Origin: an uncultured virus (IMG/VR IMGVR_UViG_3300021431_000098)
Taxonomy: Duplodnaviria; Heunggongvirae; Uroviricota; Caudoviricetes; Crassvirales
Length of the DNA stretch: 64,000 bases
Virus record (IMG/VR): IMGVR_UViG_3300021431_000098
Strand: one strand, 5' to 3'
The notes beneath the pieces are model-generated. The model did no database searches and was not told the DNA's origin. It saw only the letters and a program-made list of their open reading frames with translations. Position numbers and translations under genes: made by a program. Below, one piece after another: positions 10,064-20,423 of the stretch (its first letter is position 1; every line of letters begins with the position of its first letter).

Positions 10064-12472
10064 TTATTTATCATACTTGTTTTTATTTTGTTTAGCAATC
10101 TTTAATTGATTTTCCATTTGCTCTCTTTTAACTTGTCTATCTGCGGCTTTATTATATAAATCAACTTGTACTTTTTGTTGGTCTAATCTAAGTTTTTCTT
10201 CAGCAATTCTAGTTTTATTTTCTTCAGATACTTGTGCAAGTCTATCTTTTGCTGCGGTATCTTCACCAGAACCAACCATACTCATATCAACATCTATACC
10301 TTTAAGTTGAAGTTCATAATAATATTTAAGTTCTTCTGTTTTTCTATCTTCTTCTCCTTCTGCTTGAATCTTTGTAATCTCAGCTTCAAGTTTCTGTTGT
10401 TCTAGCATTTGGTCTGCCTGCTTTAATTGGTCTTCATGTTGTCTTTTAATTTCCATGAATCTTTGAACAGTTTCTTTAATTTGAGTAACATTCTCACCAA
10501 GAATAGCAGCTAATGCCATATCCAAATCACCATTTTGAGCTGCACTAAATGCCCATTGACGAAGTTGTTGAAGTTTTTCTAATTCCTTTTGGTCATTCTT
10601 AACAATAACGCCATAATCGGAATTTATATAAGAATTTACGTCAAGACTTAAATATCTACGATTGTTTTTATCATCAAAATATGTACGTTGCAAACCATCA
10701 ACATAAGCTAGTTTGGCATAGTCTAAATCTCTTTGATAATCTCTTTTACGCAGTTCATCAAACATTGTAACAACTATCACACTCCCCATAGAAGAACGTG
10801 CAATAGCTTCTTGTGTTGTAGTAGACCCTGCTGACTGTGCAATTTCTCCATATCGTTGCATATTCATATCAACAAGTTCTCTAGCTTCCATTTTAATAGC
10901 TTCAAGAAGATTTGTAAGTTCTGTAATGTATTGACCAATACTAGCATTAAGAAGTCTAATATTAGCCATCTTCTGACCACTATTATCTTCTTCATCATTT
11001 ACAATCAGAACTCCATCTGCTGCCATTCTATAAATCTTATCTTCACTATCATCTGCTATTACAGATTCTGGAAGAAGAAGAATAAGCATTTTATTTTTAG
11101 CAATCGCCATCTCTCTATGATAATATATAATATTTCTCATAATTTGAAATGGTGTGATAAGTTGAATAATACTGAACTTCCCCATAAAAGGAAGAACTTC
11201 TCTTATACCGTTATAAGGAAGTTTACCATCTCTTTGATATGCTATAGGTCTAGCTTTAATAGGATAAATACCTGTATATCTGGTTCCTATTCTATAGCCT
11301 TCATATATTTGAGTTTCATAAACATATTCAATAGAAATATCACCAGCTTCTGTATTTAATTTATAATCAGAATCTACAACATCTTCAACAGACATTCCAA
11401 GTTCATTTATATGTGTAAGAATACCTCTACGAGCTTCTCCTTTCCAAACTACATGCCAGACTTCAAATAGATTTTCATTATTTAAATAGATATTTTGAGC
11501 ATTACTTTTAAAAAGTTCTTTTTCTTCTTTATTAAACTTTTCACAAGCATCTGGAAAATATTCAAAATATTGATTATATAAAAGTCTTGGAGTAGAACTT
11601 ATAGAATCAGATACATAATAATATTTTTCAATAAATGCCCTATCTTTATCAGACATAATATCTCCAAACATATCCATAATCTGATTATAAGATAGTGTCA
11701 TTCTTCTTGCAAACATATCTTGGTCCTCAATAAAGAATTCACTATTAGGAATAGGATATGCTTCAACTACTGGAACATTTTCTTTAATAATCTCTTCACC
11801 ACGAATATCGGAATAAGTATAACACTCACCAAGCGAACAATAATTAAAAAAAGCAGATAGATAAATATAATTATCTTCTGTAATACTTCTAATATAATCA
11901 AGTAAATCTTGTGCTTGTTTACTTTCATCATCGATATATTTATCATTAAAATCTTTAACAAACTGTTCAGGGTCAGGCATTGCTTCTTGAGGATTAAGTT
12001 CTTCCATAGGAGTACCTTGTTGAACAGCTTGTTGTTGCATTTGTTGCCAACGTTTTTTAAACTCTTGTTGGAATGCTTGTTGACATAGCATTCCTACCTC
12101 TTGTCTGAGTTTTGCGTTACGTTTAAGAATAATATCAGGACTATCGGCATGAACAACAAATTCATGAACACCTTTAAAATATTCACTAACATAACGTCTA
12201 ATAATATCAGACATAATATCTAGATTACGCATAGTAGCAGGAAATCTAGTATATTTTTCATTAGTAGCGTTATAAGGATTTAAAGTCTTTTTATAAAATT
12301 CATTTGGAATATCTCCATGAAGAATATTTAAAGACTTTTCAACATCTGTTTTATCGTTATTAGCGATACCAGCTGCAATAACAAAATCAATACAATTTTG
12401 ATACCAATCTGGTTTTTGCTTTTCAGCTTCACTAACACGTTGTTTAGGAAAATCAATTGATTGTGCTCTCAT
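10064..12472 (-). CDS. portal protein
   Basis: 802 aa with N-terminal FPKQRV, long C-terminal coiled coil (barrel); lies between TerL and MCP as in Crassvirales. Confidence 0.9.
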   Translation of the reverse strand: MRAQSIDFPKQRVSEAEKQKPDWYQNCIDFVIAAGIANNDKTDVEKSLNILHGDIPNEFYKKTLNPYNATNEKYTRFPATMRNLDIMSDIIRRYVSEYFKGVHEFVVHADSPDIILKRNAKLRQEVGMLCQQAFQQEFKKRWQQMQQQAVQQGTPMEELNPQEAMPDPEQFVKDFNDKYIDDESKQAQDLLDYIRSITEDNYIYLSAFFNYCSLGECYTYSDIRGEEIIKENVPVVEAYPIPNSEFFIEDQDMFARRMTLSYNQIMDMFGDIMSDKDRAFIEKYYYVSDSISSTPRLLYNQYFEYFPDACEKFNKEEKELFKSNAQNIYLNNENLFEVWHVVWKGEARRGILTHINELGMSVEDVVDSDYKLNTEAGDISIEYVYETQIYEGYRIGTRYTGIYPIKARPIAYQRDGKLPYNGIREVLPFMGKFSIIQLITPFQIMRNIIYYHREMAIAKNKMLILLLPESVIADDSEDKIYRMAADGVLIVNDEEDNSGQKMANIRLLNASIGQYITELTNLLEAIKMEARELVDMNMQRYGEIAQSAGSTTTQEAIARSSMGSVIVVTMFDELRKRDYQRDLDYAKLAYVDGLQRTYFDDKNNRRYLSLDVNSYINSDYGVIVKNDQKELEKLQQLRQWAFSAAQNGDLDMALAAILGENVTQIKETVQRFMEIKRQHEDQLKQADQMLEQQKLEAEITKIQAEGEEDRKTEELKYYYELQLKGIDVDMSMVGSGEDTAAKDRLAQVSEENKTRIAEEKLRLDQQKVQVDLYNKAADRQVKREQMENQLKIAKQNKNKYDK

Positions 12473-12517
12473 ACAAGTACATAGTTTAAAATATGTATTA
12501 TGTTAATTTATATACTA

Positions 12518-12715
12518 TTATTTTTTTGTAGGCAAAAAATCTATACGAATAGATTCATATTGGTTATCATCAGTTAATTCTATCTCAAATCCTTTAATAG
12601 AACAAAGATTAATACCAAAATTATTAGGAAAAACACTTAAAAATTGACTTGGTATAATAGCGTTATCTTTATTACAAGTTTTTACAGCTTCTTCAATTGT
12701 TACATATTGTTTCAT
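12518..12715 (-). CDS. hypothetical protein
   Basis: ATG at 12715; co-oriented with neighbours. Confidence 0.6.
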   Translation of the reverse strand: MKQYVTIEEAVKTCNKDNAIIPSQFLSVFPNNFGINLCSIKGFEIELTDDNQYESIRIDFLPTKK

Positions 12716-12729
12716 ATTGCTTATTTTTT

Positions 12730-12981
12730 TTAATTGTTTAATATTTTTATTTCTTTTATACAACCTTTAGGTATAGTCATAAGGTTACATATTTGTTCAG
12801 GTTCTATTCCATAATTTTGTGCAACAGTTACGTACTCTTCGGTTTCTTTAATTAATTTACCATACGTTTCAATGCATATTGGTTCCATATTTTCAAAGTC
12901 TAAATCTTTTAATAATGTCCAACTTTGATTTGAAGTAAAACTATCTATCCAAATTACTTTAACATTAGTTAATGTTTCCAT
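12730..12981 (-). CDS. hypothetical protein (small beta-rich phage family)
   Basis: VIWIDS..W...ETYGKL...TIPKGCI pattern. Confidence 0.65.
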   Translation of the reverse strand: METLTNVKVIWIDSFTSNQSWTLLKDLDFENMEPICIETYGKLIKETEEYVTVAQNYGIEPEQICNLMTIPKGCIKEIKILNN

Positions 12982-15680
12982 TTTCTACTATTTAAAGCAA
13001 ATACAGCCATTTTCTTTTGAGCAGGAGTTCCATTCTCTTTAAACCAAGTAGCACTATGTCCTGTTCTTTTTTTTAAAGCTGTAAATTTACCACGATTTTC
13101 AGGTTTGATATGAATTATACCTCCATTAGCATAAGTTTCATTATTGGATACTTTATAAACGCCATATCCTCCTAAAAACCAAACCGGAGCTACTTTATTA
13201 GCCCATTCTAAGAATTTTTTCTTATCTTTTATTTTTGAAGAAAACCCATATCTCCCTGTTATTTTATTGTCAGTTATTTTAAGCCATTTATCTAACATCT
13301 TTTCAGTAAGTGGTTCGTTAGCTTGGATTCCTAAGGTTGGTTTAATTTCTCCAGAAATCATAGCAGCTGCTTCATTTGGATTTAATCCTTCTGCTCCAGG
13401 AATATTAAAAGAATTATCAAATCTAAGAACTCTATGAACAGCATCATGTGCTTTCATATATTCGGGATTTGTTATCATATATTTTTCTGGAAGTAAAAAA
13501 GTCTTTCCGTTTGAAGTCATAGCACCATATCCAAATTGTTCTCTTAAGCGCTCTATTGCATCCTCTCTTGCTATTCCAGAATCTATGTATTTTTGAATTT
13601 GTTTTTCTACAGCTTTTTCTGGAATATTAATTACGTCACTACTATTTAAAGGTTTATACTCAACAAGACCATTTTCTCCAACTTTTGGAATATAAGATTT
13701 TAACCTTTGTACTAATTGTTGTTCAGCATCTAAAGAAGTTGCAGAAGGTGTTTGTTCTATATATTTTATTCCTTTCATAGCTTCTCTATTTGGAGATTCA
13801 TAATATCTAATATCATTTATATTAAAATTATCTCTTTCCCCTAAAGGAATTCTAACTCCATTATTATCATAGGTTACTGCATCTGCTGATTTAATTTGTC
13901 TTCCATCTTTAATAACTATTTCAATAGCATCTCTAGGGAAAGGAGATCTTTCATAAACATCTGGCCTAAAAGGAATTACAGCATCATAATTATCCAAGTT
14001 AACTTTTTTTGAAGCTTTCTCCCAACCCATTTCTTTTATTTTATTTTTTAATTCCCAGTACTTTAATTGGATACCTATATCATCCTTGCCAAGTAAATTC
14101 TGAAGATACTTACTTTCTGGATTTTCTTTCAACAAGTGTCTTAATAATCTTTGTTGATTATTCTTTTTACGAAGTGCCATTTTTTGAAGTGCAGTATTAC
14201 CAGGATTTCTACTTAATTCTATGTCAAAAAGAACTTTAGATTCTTTTACTTTTGACAGCTCTTGTTGCCATTTTTCTAAAAAAGAATGATATCCACGATT
14301 ATAGAAATTTTCTGCATTCTTTGCTGCTTCTGATGCATAATTTTCTAAAACTAATGGGTTTTCTATATTAGCATATAAGTGCATGGTATTATTACCATAC
14401 CTATATTGTGGAGACATTGGTGAAACATATATACCTTTCCCAAAATAGCCAGAATCATGCATCCCTGCTCTTTCTACATCAAAAGATGTAAATACATTAT
14501 CTGTGTTATGGTATAAATCAAGGGGTTTATTTCCATCAGTTGAAGTATTTCTATTAGCTTTAATCATCGTATGTAAATCCCTCAACCTCTGAGCTTCAGC
14601 CATGTCTCCTTTAGCAATAGCAGCATCCTGTGCCGCAGTCCATTGTTCTGGAGTCAATTTTGAAATGTCTTTAACCAAGGGTTTTATTGCTTTCTTTAGA
14701 GGTTTCTCAACAATTTTTAACGGTAATGTATTAGAATTAGTAGAATATTTTCTATATCCATACCCTGGCTCCCATACATATTGATTTCCTATTTTAATTG
14801 GATTAGAAGAAACAAATTCTTGATTAGTCACAAATGTTCTATCCTTTGGGTTACCTGTCCATTGTCCTATAGGATAATCTTGGTCTCTTACTCTCAATAA
14901 ACTAGGATTATCTTTAGTAGTAGTAAGTAGTCTAGTTTGCCCATTTCTATAAGGACTGCCTAGATTCCACCAAGTATAAGGTTTTTGCCCATTAGAATGT
15001 TGAGAGGGAAATAGCATTCCGTCTTTAACATAAGCACCATTACCACTAAAACCTGTGTAATCTCCATTGTCTACATGATACATTAAATTAGGGTTATTAA
15101 TCTCTACATCACCTAATTTAAATCTAGTATGAACAGGATTTTCTACAACTTTTGGTTGTAATCTAGTACTTTTAACAGCTTTATTTAATTCAGAAGCAAT
15201 TCTAGCACTCTTACCGAACCTTGTAGCTTCTACTCCTTTATTTAGTAAGCGTAATTCTGGACCTAAAAACGTAAGACCTACATCTAAAGCTGCTTCGCCA
15301 TAATTTTTATCTTCTATATTTTGAGCAGCTGAACCTAAACCTATAGCTCCCCATAAATAAGGATTTGCTAATACTCCACTTAATCCTCCTGCAAGAGCCA
15401 TAGCACCATTTGGCAGCCACGCCAATTTATTAATATCTTTCATATATCCACTAGTGCCAGTAACTCTCTTTTGTGCAATAGACTTTGCTGTTTCAGAGCT
15501 TATCTGACCACTTTTTAATCTAGCTAAGTCATAATCAGTTAAATTATGTTGCCAAGATGGTCTCTTAGCATTTACTTTAACTTCTGGCAATAAACTATTT
15601 CTAGAGTAATAAATATTATTATCATATCCTATAGGAAATGGATTATATTGTTCATCTAAATATCTACGTTTTGGTTTCAT
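12969..15680 (-). CDS. polyvalent (likely ejected) protein with ADP-ribosyltransferase (ART-PolyVal-like) domain
   Basis: LYHNT..FTSFD...YFGKGIYVS...YG..MHLYANIENPL...IEIVI....QIKSA...NDIRY; N-terminal G/A-rich hydrophobic hairpin; basic C-terminal IHIKPENRGKF...KWKH tail. Confidence 0.75.
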   Translation of the reverse strand: MKPKRRYLDEQYNPFPIGYDNNIYYSRNSLLPEVKVNAKRPSWQHNLTDYDLARLKSGQISSETAKSIAQKRVTGTSGYMKDINKLAWLPNGAMALAGGLSGVLANPYLWGAIGLGSAAQNIEDKNYGEAALDVGLTFLGPELRLLNKGVEATRFGKSARIASELNKAVKSTRLQPKVVENPVHTRFKLGDVEINNPNLMYHVDNGDYTGFSGNGAYVKDGMLFPSQHSNGQKPYTWWNLGSPYRNGQTRLLTTTKDNPSLLRVRDQDYPIGQWTGNPKDRTFVTNQEFVSSNPIKIGNQYVWEPGYGYRKYSTNSNTLPLKIVEKPLKKAIKPLVKDISKLTPEQWTAAQDAAIAKGDMAEAQRLRDLHTMIKANRNTSTDGNKPLDLYHNTDNVFTSFDVERAGMHDSGYFGKGIYVSPMSPQYRYGNNTMHLYANIENPLVLENYASEAAKNAENFYNRGYHSFLEKWQQELSKVKESKVLFDIELSRNPGNTALQKMALRKKNNQQRLLRHLLKENPESKYLQNLLGKDDIGIQLKYWELKNKIKEMGWEKASKKVNLDNYDAVIPFRPDVYERSPFPRDAIEIVIKDGRQIKSADAVTYDNNGVRIPLGERDNFNINDIRYYESPNREAMKGIKYIEQTPSATSLDAEQQLVQRLKSYIPKVGENGLVEYKPLNSSDVINIPEKAVEKQIQKYIDSGIAREDAIERLREQFGYGAMTSNGKTFLLPEKYMITNPEYMKAHDAVHRVLRFDNSFNIPGAEGLNPNEAAAMISGEIKPTLGIQANEPLTEKMLDKWLKITDNKITGRYGFSSKIKDKKKFLEWANKVAPVWFLGGYGVYKVSNNETYANGGIIHIKPENRGKFTALKKRTGHSATWFKENGTPAQKKMAVFALNSRKWKH

Positions 15681-15681
15681 A

Positions 15682-15984
15682 CTATATTAAATTACTTATT
15701 AATACCGCCAACGACACACTATCTTTATTAAATCCTAATTTTTTAATAATTTTCGTTATTCTTTTTCTATCCGTAAAAGAAATATCATTTATAGATTTAT
15801 ACTTTCTAATAATAGCTTTTATTTCTTCTCCATCTTTAGATTTAATAAATTTACTAACTTTATCAGCTAAATCTTTTAATTTAACCTCCATTTCTTCTTC
15901 AGACAAGGTAGGCTCAATTTCTCTTTGAGTGCATTCTTTATTGTAACACACACTACATTGCTTTTTGCATTCTAAACTTTCCAT
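15682..15984 (-). CDS. hypothetical protein with N-terminal Cys cluster
   Basis: C-x3-C-x2-C-x4-C. Confidence 0.6.
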   Translation of the reverse strand: MESLECKKQCSVCYNKECTQREIEPTLSEEEMEVKLKDLADKVSKFIKSKDGEEIKAIIRKYKSINDISFTDRKRITKIIKKLGFNKDSVSLAVLISNLI

Positions 15985-15985
15985 A

Positions 15986-18271
15986 TTAGAACCAATCTCT
16001 ATTTAAAATATTATCTCTATTATTGTCAATTTGTTTCTTTCTAGTTGCAAGCTCTTTAGCAGCTTCTACATCTTGAAGTTTCCATCTAAGAGCTCGCATA
16101 ATCATTTCAGAAACTCGGTCATAGTTACCAACACTATTCCATTTCTTTAATTCAAGAATAGTTTGATAATCATAAATAGTGTGAAAGAATCTTTTAGGTC
16201 TGCCAAGTTCATCTTTACCGACTTCTGAATATAACATTTCTTTAAGAAGTCGAAGACCTTCAAGTTTCTTTGTAGAACCTTGTCCATCTCCACCACCCAT
16301 GTTAATACCATAAGAACCAGCAATAGCACCTTTAACGGAAGTATCCCAAATACTAACAGGGTCTCTCATTAAATACTTTAATGCTTTCCATTTAGAAAAG
16401 TTACTTACAGTTTCACCACGGTTGACTTCGACAGCAACACTTCCAATACAATTGTAATATCTAGCTAATAAATAACAAATTCTATCAGCTTCTTCAAGTT
16501 TTTCTGGACGTCCATAATATGCAGCTACAAGAGCTGTTCTAAAACCATTATAAATACATGGTTCCATCCATACTTTGATACTATTATGTGAATGTTTGTT
16601 TGTTAATTCTTTTTTCTCTTTATTAACACCAACAGGGTCATAGCTAATAGAATACATTCCTTTTGGAACTTCATTAACTTGTTCTCCTTTTTCGTTAGTG
16701 TGAACAACTCTTTGTGGATTGAACCATATTCTTATACAACCATGAGGATGTTCGTGTTGTTTTCTAGGAACACCTTCAATCCAATCAAAGAAATCTACAT
16801 TATGTTTTCCTCCTTCAGCTTGTATTCTAGCATTGGTTTTAAACTCTACTTTTTCGCCTTTATCAAAAAGCATACCGTCAGAATAAAACTTAAAGGAACT
16901 ATCAGTTCTAAGTTGCTCTTCCCAAACAATTAGTTCTTCACTAGTAAACATATTTTCAGTAGCAGAACTAAAAGACTCAGCTGGACGATTAGCAAACTGA
17001 CCTAGATAATTAATATAATCAGCAAAACTTTTAGCATTTGCTTTTTGTATTTCTCTTTCTTTACAAGAGATTTTTAATCCAACAACAATGTCAGAATTTC
17101 CATCTTCATCTATACTTTTCTCTCCATCCAATTCACCTTGAAGTCCCCAACAATAAGGTTTAAAATAACCGCAAATTTCATCTCTTTTATCATCATCCCA
17201 AACATTTTCAAACGGCATGAAGTCAAAACTTTTAGGACTATAAAAGTTTCTTTCAAATGTCTGCATATTACCAGACGTTGCAGTACCCCATCCAATAAGA
17301 GTTCCTGTTTTGTAACTACCTGTAGTCATAGCAGGATTTGTAACAGTCATAAATTCGTCAAAGTTTTCCATAGTGGAAACTTCTTCTACTTTGACTTTAA
17401 CTGCATCCTTACCAATAGCACAATCAGGATTATTAGCAGCAGATACACTAAGCAATGCACTTTGCCATGCTTTAGGAGAAATATTACCATTAGGAAGTTT
17501 AAATCCTAGAACAAAGTTTTCTTTATCAGCTGTAAGAATACCTCTTTTGAAAAAGGTATTAAGTTCAAGAAATCTAACATCATTAAGAGCAAATGTAGTC
17601 AAACCTCCTTCTTGTGTTAGATATTTTTTATCAACAGCTACATGAATAACCACTTTATGAGGCTGAAGATTAATGTCATTTGCACTATCAGCAGCCATAA
17701 TATAAGAAAATCCTCCACGACGAGTTTTATCAATCAAAAGATGAAAACCGTTTCGTTGAGCAAATTCTATTATATGCCAAGTCCAAAACTGAGCATCAAT
17801 AAACTTACTAAAATCTTGATGTTTCTTTGCAACAAGTTTATTAGAACCACGAACAATGGTATTCTCATTCAATTGTTCCATTTGAGCATAATTAAGAAAA
17901 TAATAATGCCCACCTGTAATTCTAACATCTTGTATTTTTCCATTTCTTAACAGACAAGGAGCTGTAAAACCATAAGTTCTTCTATATTCTTCTCTCTTTC
18001 TTAATTGTCTATGAGGAATGCTATCAATTTTAAGAGAAGTATATTTTTTATCATTTCTATAAATATCAGCCATTTGCGTAAAAAGTTTAGTATTTACAAA
18101 TCTATCTCCAGGCTGAATATTAAGAAGAAATCCTCCACTATTACCAATAAGAAATAAATCGTCAGGGTCATCGTAACCCATATCCTTAGCATGAGGATAT
18201 TTAGATTTATCTTCTCTTATATATTGAAGAAAAGGATATTCGTTAATATATTTCTCTACATTAATTTCCAT
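15986..18271 (-). CDS. terL: terminase large subunit
   Basis: ITGGHYYFLNY, Walker A KTRRGGFS, Walker B VKVEE, nuclease ISYDP ... YDRVS; uninterrupted. Confidence 0.92.
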   Translation of the reverse strand: MEINVEKYINEYPFLQYIREDKSKYPHAKDMGYDDPDDLFLIGNSGGFLLNIQPGDRFVNTKLFTQMADIYRNDKKYTSLKIDSIPHRQLRKREEYRRTYGFTAPCLLRNGKIQDVRITGGHYYFLNYAQMEQLNENTIVRGSNKLVAKKHQDFSKFIDAQFWTWHIIEFAQRNGFHLLIDKTRRGGFSYIMAADSANDINLQPHKVVIHVAVDKKYLTQEGGLTTFALNDVRFLELNTFFKRGILTADKENFVLGFKLPNGNISPKAWQSALLSVSAANNPDCAIGKDAVKVKVEEVSTMENFDEFMTVTNPAMTTGSYKTGTLIGWGTATSGNMQTFERNFYSPKSFDFMPFENVWDDDKRDEICGYFKPYCWGLQGELDGEKSIDEDGNSDIVVGLKISCKEREIQKANAKSFADYINYLGQFANRPAESFSSATENMFTSEELIVWEEQLRTDSSFKFYSDGMLFDKGEKVEFKTNARIQAEGGKHNVDFFDWIEGVPRKQHEHPHGCIRIWFNPQRVVHTNEKGEQVNEVPKGMYSISYDPVGVNKEKKELTNKHSHNSIKVWMEPCIYNGFRTALVAAYYGRPEKLEEADRICYLLARYYNCIGSVAVEVNRGETVSNFSKWKALKYLMRDPVSIWDTSVKGAIAGSYGINMGGGDGQGSTKKLEGLRLLKEMLYSEVGKDELGRPKRFFHTIYDYQTILELKKWNSVGNYDRVSEMIMRALRWKLQDVEAAKELATRKKQIDNNRDNILNRDWF

Positions 18272-18645
18272 TATAACAAACTTATTATCAATAGCACTAG
18301 TAACAATCCGCTAGTTCCAAACGCTATATTTCTTTGTAATTCAACTTTAGTTAAAGTATTATTATAAACTACTTCATTATGTTCAATAGTATTACGTAAA
18401 TCAGCGATAACAATAGAATCGTTATATAGAACCTCTCTAAGACTTTGATTAATTTGTTTCTCATAATCTAACTCAACCATTTTAGCATTTGCAACCTTAA
18501 GCAATTCTATTGGAATACAAATAGTATCGGATTGTAACTCCCCCATAAGAGAAATAGTTGGAGTCCTATTTGTTTGACACCAACTTGTAGAATAACTTAA
18601 CAGTGCTATCGTTATCAAGATTATATATTTCAATGATTTTCTCAT
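18271..18645 (-). CDS. putative spanin (signal peptide, coiled coil, C-terminal TM)
   Basis: N-terminal hydrophobic signal ending near Cys, C-terminal TM; overlaps 18566..18838, next to the endolysin. Confidence 0.55.
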   Translation of the reverse strand: MRKSLKYIILITIALLSYSTSWCQTNRTPTISLMGELQSDTICIPIELLKVANAKMVELDYEKQINQSLREVLYNDSIVIADLRNTIEHNEVVYNNTLTKVELQRNIAFGTSGLLLVLLIISLL

Positions 18646-18838
18646 TCTTAATACTATCTAATTCATTAATTTCATTTATAAGACTATCTCGTGTTATTAA
18701 TAGTTCATTTATCTCATTTCTTCTTACGGGGGAGGTATCATCAAGTACCTTTAGTGTATATAAAACTATTAATATATAAAGTATTGCACCTATTACTATT
18801 ATAGGATGATTTTTAATATCAATCCAAATCTTCTTCAT
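18566..18838 (-). CDS. putative inner-membrane spanin
   Basis: N-terminal TM followed by coiled coil, downstream of the endolysin. Confidence 0.55.
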   Translation of the reverse strand: MKKIWIDIKNHPIIVIGAILYILIVLYTLKVLDDTSPVRRNEINELLITRDSLINEINELDSIKNEKIIEIYNLDNDSTVKLFYKLVSNK

Positions 18839-19436
18839 TTATTAAAGTATAAGTAAAACAATTACCATATATTTTAGCAGCTTTTTCACATAATTGCATA
18901 AATGATTTAAAATTATCATTATTAGCGATAACTTGGCAACCTGCAGACCATTTATCAATTTGTTTAGAAGCATTTCCTGCTTTATGAATATTTATACCAA
19001 AAACTCCAGTTTCTATAGTTTCTGGGTTCATATCATAAACGTCATCTTTATTTCCATCACGATAAACTTTAATTGGTTTAATTTGTACAAGAGCTTTATA
19101 TTTACCTTGATGTTTTCCAATTTTATAAGCTCCACGATATTGGCCAGGAACCATTATAGCAGTGCCTACTTTATTAGACAAAATGTACATATAATAAGAC
19201 CCTGGCTCAGTAGTAGCAGGGTAATAAAGTTTTTGCCAACCTCTTTTATTTTTAAATATAACTACAATATAATCATCAAATCCATTTGTGATAAGATTAC
19301 CAGATTTTCTAACACCAATTATGTTAAGATTATATTCTCCTTTATCGAAGAAAACATAACCTTTAGACTTAAATAGTTTAGCAAAGTCAGTTCTATTTAT
19401 TTTATGTATAATATTTACGTCTTTCATATTAATCAA
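18819..19436 (-). CDS. putative endolysin, L,D-transpeptidase (YkuD)-like Cys peptidase
   Basis: GINIH-x11-SAGCQV His/Cys motif; next to spanin-like genes. Confidence 0.75.
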   Translation of the reverse strand: MINMKDVNIIHKINRTDFAKLFKSKGYVFFDKGEYNLNIIGVRKSGNLITNGFDDYIVVIFKNKRGWQKLYYPATTEPGSYYMYILSNKVGTAIMVPGQYRGAYKIGKHQGKYKALVQIKPIKVYRDGNKDDVYDMNPETIETGVFGINIHKAGNASKQIDKWSAGCQVIANNDNFKSFMQLCEKAAKIYGNCFTYTLINEEDLD

Positions 19437-20418
19437 ACATCTTTAATTGTTTATCAGCCTTTGCTTCTTCTGCTTTTAAAGAAAGTAGTCTATCATTAAA
19501 AACAGCATCAGCCTCGTTTCTCAAATAATTAATTTTATACCATTTTACAGTTTCATCTTTAGTTTCATCTACATGATAACCATTAAAATCTCTAAGTGGT
19601 TGACCATATTCATTAAGAATAAAAGGACTTCCAATATGGCAAAGTCCTAATGCTGTACACGGTATTTCAAGTATTCTTTCAACAAGTCTAGCATAAATTG
19701 AAAGTTGCATTGTATAATGAGAACCGTTACACTCAGGAAGATGATTTAGTGGAGGAAGCATTTTTTCATTCTTAGAAACCCATTCATTTGTTAATTGATT
19801 AGGTACACTAGATTTATCTTTTTTATAATATCCACTTTCAAATTGTAGTCCTTGTCTATTAGTTTTCCAATCTAAAACAACAAAATCTGTGTCTTTAATA
19901 CACAGTATATCAATAGTACCCGATATAAGAAGTTGAGGGTCAAATACCCCTATCTCACTATATATAACATATCCTTTATTAATATAGAAGTCAAAAACTC
20001 TATAAATTTCATCATATTTATAATCAGTAGCTTTTTTAAATTCTTCTATATCTAAAGGTTTTACACACAAATTAGGAATGTCTGAAACAGTCACACATCT
20101 ACCAGTTTCAAGAACATTCAAATATTTAATAGCATCTTTAAATTTAGATACTTCTTTAATAGCATTTTCAATTCCATTATGTGTATCAGTTCCTCTACTA
20201 CAAGCTTCTTTACTAATCTGTTCCCATTGTCTTAATATCTCTTTGTCACTTACGCCTTGTTCTTTAGCTTTTTTATGAGCCCAATATTTCTTATCAAATT
20301 GAGGGGCATATTTACCAATAATAGTAGTAACAGAAATATATTCATTACCATTACTATCAGTATACTTATGTGGACCTTCATCGAAATAAAGCTCTATATT
20401 TTTATAAATATCTTTCAT
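19429..20418 (-). CDS. PD-(D/E)XK nuclease
   Basis: FDEGPHKY..SVTT, SRGTDTH, SEI, GTIDIL, LDWKT, YTMQLSIY. Confidence 0.85.
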   Translation of the reverse strand: MKDIYKNIELYFDEGPHKYTDSNGNEYISVTTIIGKYAPQFDKKYWAHKKAKEQGVSDKEILRQWEQISKEACSRGTDTHNGIENAIKEVSKFKDAIKYLNVLETGRCVTVSDIPNLCVKPLDIEEFKKATDYKYDEIYRVFDFYINKGYVIYSEIGVFDPQLLISGTIDILCIKDTDFVVLDWKTNRQGLQFESGYYKKDKSSVPNQLTNEWVSKNEKMLPPLNHLPECNGSHYTMQLSIYARLVERILEIPCTALGLCHIGSPFILNEYGQPLRDFNGYHVDETKDETVKWYKINYLRNEADAVFNDRLLSLKAEEAKADKQLKMFD

Positions 20419-20423
20419 ACTAA

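Noticed and set aside
12481..12508. dif-like site (TTATGTTAATT arm)
   Set aside because: XerC-side arm is poor and such AT-rich matches arise by chance here.
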